Source: Octopus sinensis (taxonomy: Eukaryota). From it: a DNA stretch of 64,000 nt. Below the pieces are notes generated by a model. It was not told where the DNA came from and searched no databases. It saw nothing but the letters and a program-made list of their open reading frames with translations. The stretch is taken from assembly GCF_006345805.1 (NCBI RefSeq), contig NC_043000.1:96038001-96102000 (forward strand), written 5' to 3'. Both the position numbers and the translations under genes were made by a program. Shown piece after piece: positions 60,620 to 64,000 of the stretch. Position 1 is the first letter of the stretch; each line of letters opens with the position of its first letter.

Positions 60620-60975
60620 TTCATACCTTCCCCACCTTGATCATCCTTACTTTCTCTTCTAAAATGTGAGTGGCCATGTGGCCCCTCTACAGCAGGAAGC
60701 CTCTTCCCTCACACTTTAACCCTTCCTCTCCTAGTATAGTGCCACCACTCTCTTTGGATTCTTAGTCTCATAAGCTGCATGGTAACCTCACTAGTGCTGA
60801 TGCACCAAAAAAAGAAACCCAAGGACATACTGTAAAATAATTGGCATTAAAAAGAGCATCCAACCATAGAAACCATACCAAAGTAGACAGTAGAACACAA
60901 AGCAGTGCCTGAAATCATTGGATCTTAAACTCCAACTCACACCAGCATGGAACATAGATGCTAAATGATGATGAT
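60620..60975 (+). mobile_element. Family D repeat with RTE-type tail
   Basis: aaaatgtgagtggccatgtggcccctctacagcaggaagc...gctgcatggtaacctcactagtgctg...cagcatggaacatagatgctaaatgatgatgatg. Confidence 0.7.
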
Positions 60976-61829
60976 GTCCTCAGTGGAACAGTACACTCCA
61001 CTGAGAAGATCACATGAATTAAGAAGATAAATGTTGGGTAAATCTACTGGATAAATAATGTGGATATATTTTAAAGAAGATTTATTATTGTTACTGAATT
61101 TATTTCATTTCAAATGTGTATGAAATGATAGTTGCTACAAAGAAACTACAGCTACCTGAGATTTTTCTAATGAAAGAACAAATTACAGAAACAAATATAC
61201 ACACAAGTCTAATCTAGGAATGTATTGCGAGGGCAACAACCTGGTGTACAAAACATTTTAGAAGAAGGATAAGAGAGAGAGAGTGTGTATTACTTTGTAA
61301 ATTTCTTATTGCAGAAGATCAACTACTTTGTTTATCGTGTTTGTAGCTACAATGGTATAAACCAACAATCATAAATAGGCTTAGCATTCAAAAGAATCTG
61401 CTCAATACATTTTCATATTTTGTGCCAACATTATTCTCGTGCAAAAACAACAAAAAGGAAGAAAAAAAAGAAAAAAATAACAATCAATCATGTCATTTGT
61501 TATATTAGCAAAAGACTCAAAATACTGAAAACAATTCTTTTACAAAAACAATGATGGCACCATTGTTTTATGTTTATATGTTTCCAAGTTGGCATACTTT
61601 GTAAACGAAAACAAAAGATAAAAAACAAAAACGTAAAGAGTTTTTTTTAAATCGGTCACTGATGTTCTTTTCTTTTTTTTTCCTTGCTCACAACAACAAA
61701 ATGTTACAGTTTATGAAAAATTATTGGACTAATTCTTTTTTGACAAGGGAAAAATGAAGTATCCACATTCGTCATCTGTAGCACTTAGATGGATATATGT
61801 CTATGCTTCATACACAAGTACGCATATAC

Positions 61830-62142
61830 TGGCACTGTTGGTTACAATGAGGGTTCCAGTTGATCCAATCAATGGATCAGCTTGCTCATGAAATTAACAT
61901 GCGAGTAGCTGAGCACTCTACAGACACATGTACCCCCAATGTAATTCTCAGGGATATTCAGCATGACACAGAATGTGACAAGACTGGCCCTTTGAAATAC
62001 AGATACTACACATTTTTACCAACTGAGTGAACTAGAGCAACATTAAATAAAGTGTCTTGCTCAAGGACACACTGTGTTGCTAGGAATCAAACTTATGACC
62101 TTACGATTGTGAGCCAAATACCTTAATCACTAAACCATGCAC
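61830..62142 (-). mobile_element. SINE family C, full length
   Basis: Minus strand AGGTGCATGGTTTAGTGATTAAGGTATTTGGCTC..GGTCATAAGTTTGATTCC...GTGTCCTTGAGCAAGACACTTT (CORE/Meta-like). Confidence 0.75.
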
Positions 62143-62144
62143 CT

Positions 62145-62192
<48 letters not shown>

Positions 62193-62599
62193 TACTCTAT
62201 TAATAAAGCATATTATTCTACCTCTGGTATTCGAGTACTATTTTTTCCACCTTGTTTCGTATTTATGTGCTTACTCTGGTGTATATATATATGGATATAT
62301 ATTATGGGGTAACGTGTCATAGACACAATTAATGAAGGTTCCACAGTTTCTTCTAACAACTTGCACAGGTGATTTGTTTATAGTGACCATATGTTTGTAC
62401 TATATGTACATTAGCCCACTCCCTCCATCAAATCAACATTGCCGGTGCAGGTGTACAGTGAGCCACACATCAGATGTTGATGTGATCACAGAGCAATGCA
62501 AGATTTGCTCAAGTGTCATCCAATCCAAGAATCAAAACAGTTATCTTATGCAATTACTCTCTCTCTCTCTCTCTCTCTCTTACCCTCCGATTGAGTAAC

Positions 62600-62974
62600 C
62601 GTGTATCTCCTCTATAGTAAGACACCTGTTTCTGTCTCTCTGTCACACAAACCTCTCATCACCTGGCACAAGGCCACCTCCTCCATTAAAGGATCTTTGT
62701 CTTCTGAATTACTTGGTGACCCTGATAGTGCTGGTGTTAAATAGAAAGCATCCAGTCCACACTGTTTAGTGGTTGGCATCCAGCTGCATAAAAATCATGC
62801 CAAAACAGTCCTCACAAGTGCTGGTGCCACATAAAAAGCATTCAGTCAACTCTGTAAAGTAGTTAGCATTACAAAGGGCATCCAGTCATAAAAATCATGC
62901 CAATGAAGTCTGATGCAGTCTTCCAGCTTGCCAGCTCCTATCAAAATGTCTAACCCGTGTCAGCAAGGAAAACA

Positions 62975-62975
<1 letters not shown>
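62600..62975 (+). mobile_element. RTE-type 3' UTR variant
   Basis: ttacttggtgaccctgatagtgctggtg..aaagcatcc; ggtgccacataaaaagca..; gggcatccagtcataaaaatcatgcc. Confidence 0.6.
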
Positions 62976-63031
<56 letters not shown>

Positions 63032-64000
63032 TAAGGATAAGCCTATTAAAAGGGGTTCATGGAAAAACTCATTTAAATAAAAAGGGGTCATTGGTGGTGA
63101 AAAGGTCAGGTGCCAATGATTTATATAATGGAAATGATTACATAATTCCTGTTCTTTTGTCATTCATTAATTGTTATTACACTCTGTATTAATTAACCTG
63201 ATAATTTACTGCTGCATGTAAGTTATTGAGTTCTAACAACTGGTTAATAGTATTATTATGCCAAGGTGGAATTATGGTTGTGTGTGTGCTATAGATACAT
63301 GTGTTTTGGTTCAATTGTTCTTAAATTCAGTTGGAGTTCATGTGAAAAACTATGTCAAAATCTGTTTTCATCGATAAGTTACCATTAGTAACAATTACAG
63401 GAGAGTGCAGTTCACTGTAATGTAATACACAAAAAACATGAAATATTCATGTTTTACAAAACTAATACAATTAAACAGATATGATATATAATAGATTTTA
63501 TCTACACCTACACTGAGGTAAAATAAACCAATAAACTAGTCAATATGAAAGCCAATGGTAACATACCAAATCACCATCTGCAACCAATTTTAATGATGTG
63601 GACTACTATGGAAAATATACGCTAATTGTACAATTTTTTTTTCCTTCTTTAAAATGCTGAGAAGACACCTGCTGCTTTTATCAACTGAAAGTACCAACTG
63701 ATCCCTCCCTCCTCTAGAAGTAGCAAAAAGAGAGAACTGTATACCAAATAATTCAATGAATAACGTCAAAGTTCAACATCCTGCTTAAGTAAGAACACTT
63801 GCCCATTACATGGTACATTGATTATTAAAGGAACATGGCTAGTTTTGGTAGATGGAAACTGAAAGAAGCCCAGTGTGTGTGTGTGTGTGAACTATAAAGC
63901 CAAGTCAAACTCAAATGTACCACAGTCCAATGAAGGCTAGCATGCCAAAACTTCAAAGCCACTATCAACACTGTTCTTGTAAAAGGATAATAAATATGTA

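Larger units (their letters stand above)
1..64000 (-). other. RANBP9: Host gene span (partial): RanBP9/RanBP10 (RanBPM) orthologue; the window is almost entirely intronic
   Basis: Two in-frame SPRY-domain exons on the minus strand. No preceding exon found in 37950-64000 and no following exon in 1-1412, so both flanking introns probably run off the window. Invertebrates typically have one RanBP9/10 gene. Confidence 0.85.

Noticed and set aside
121-63890. Strand bias of SINE A insertions
   Set aside because: Both orientations are common (roughly 17 minus vs 10 plus by eye); too few copies to claim a bias.
37950-64000. RanBP9 first exon or promoter
   Set aside because: No LYP..PLPRSWS..DK...IGLSQ..LRVHYK-like frame and no GC/CpG-rich island was found by eye. 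A short diverged exon could have been missed.

Overview
AT-rich, repeat-dense animal genomic DNA. The SINE/RTE/MITE repertoire looks like an octopus (coleoid cephalopod) genome; this is inferred, not database-checked. The whole window appears to lie inside one minus-strand gene, the RanBP9/RanBP10 (RanBPM, CTLH-complex SPRY protein) orthologue. Only two small coding exons are present: 37949-37838 (112 bp) and 1465-1413 (53 bp). They splice in frame across a 36,372-bp intron. I found neither the upstream nor the downstream exons, so they are presumably outside the window. The rest is intronic: tRNA-headed SINEs, RTE and CR1-like LINE fragments, an R4/Dong-type fragment embedded in TAA repeats, a Gypsy integrase remnant, three Tc1/mariner fossils, TTAA-flanked (piggyBac-type) and hAT MITEs, and microsatellites. 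The sequence alone does not support a new multi-gene system. The best leads are (i) a recent, near-perfect ~170-190 bp templated inverted duplication at 10.4-10.85 kb plus several closely spaced inverted SINE pairs, which would make dsRNA in the pre-mRNA; (ii) a SINE-derived candidate poison exon at 57.2-57.3 kb; (iii) modular SINEs that share stem-loop and tail modules; and (iv) nested insertions whose boundaries can be resolved to the base. SINE family labels A1, A2, B, C and D are my own working names. Repeat boundaries are approximate unless TSDs or TIRs are quoted.
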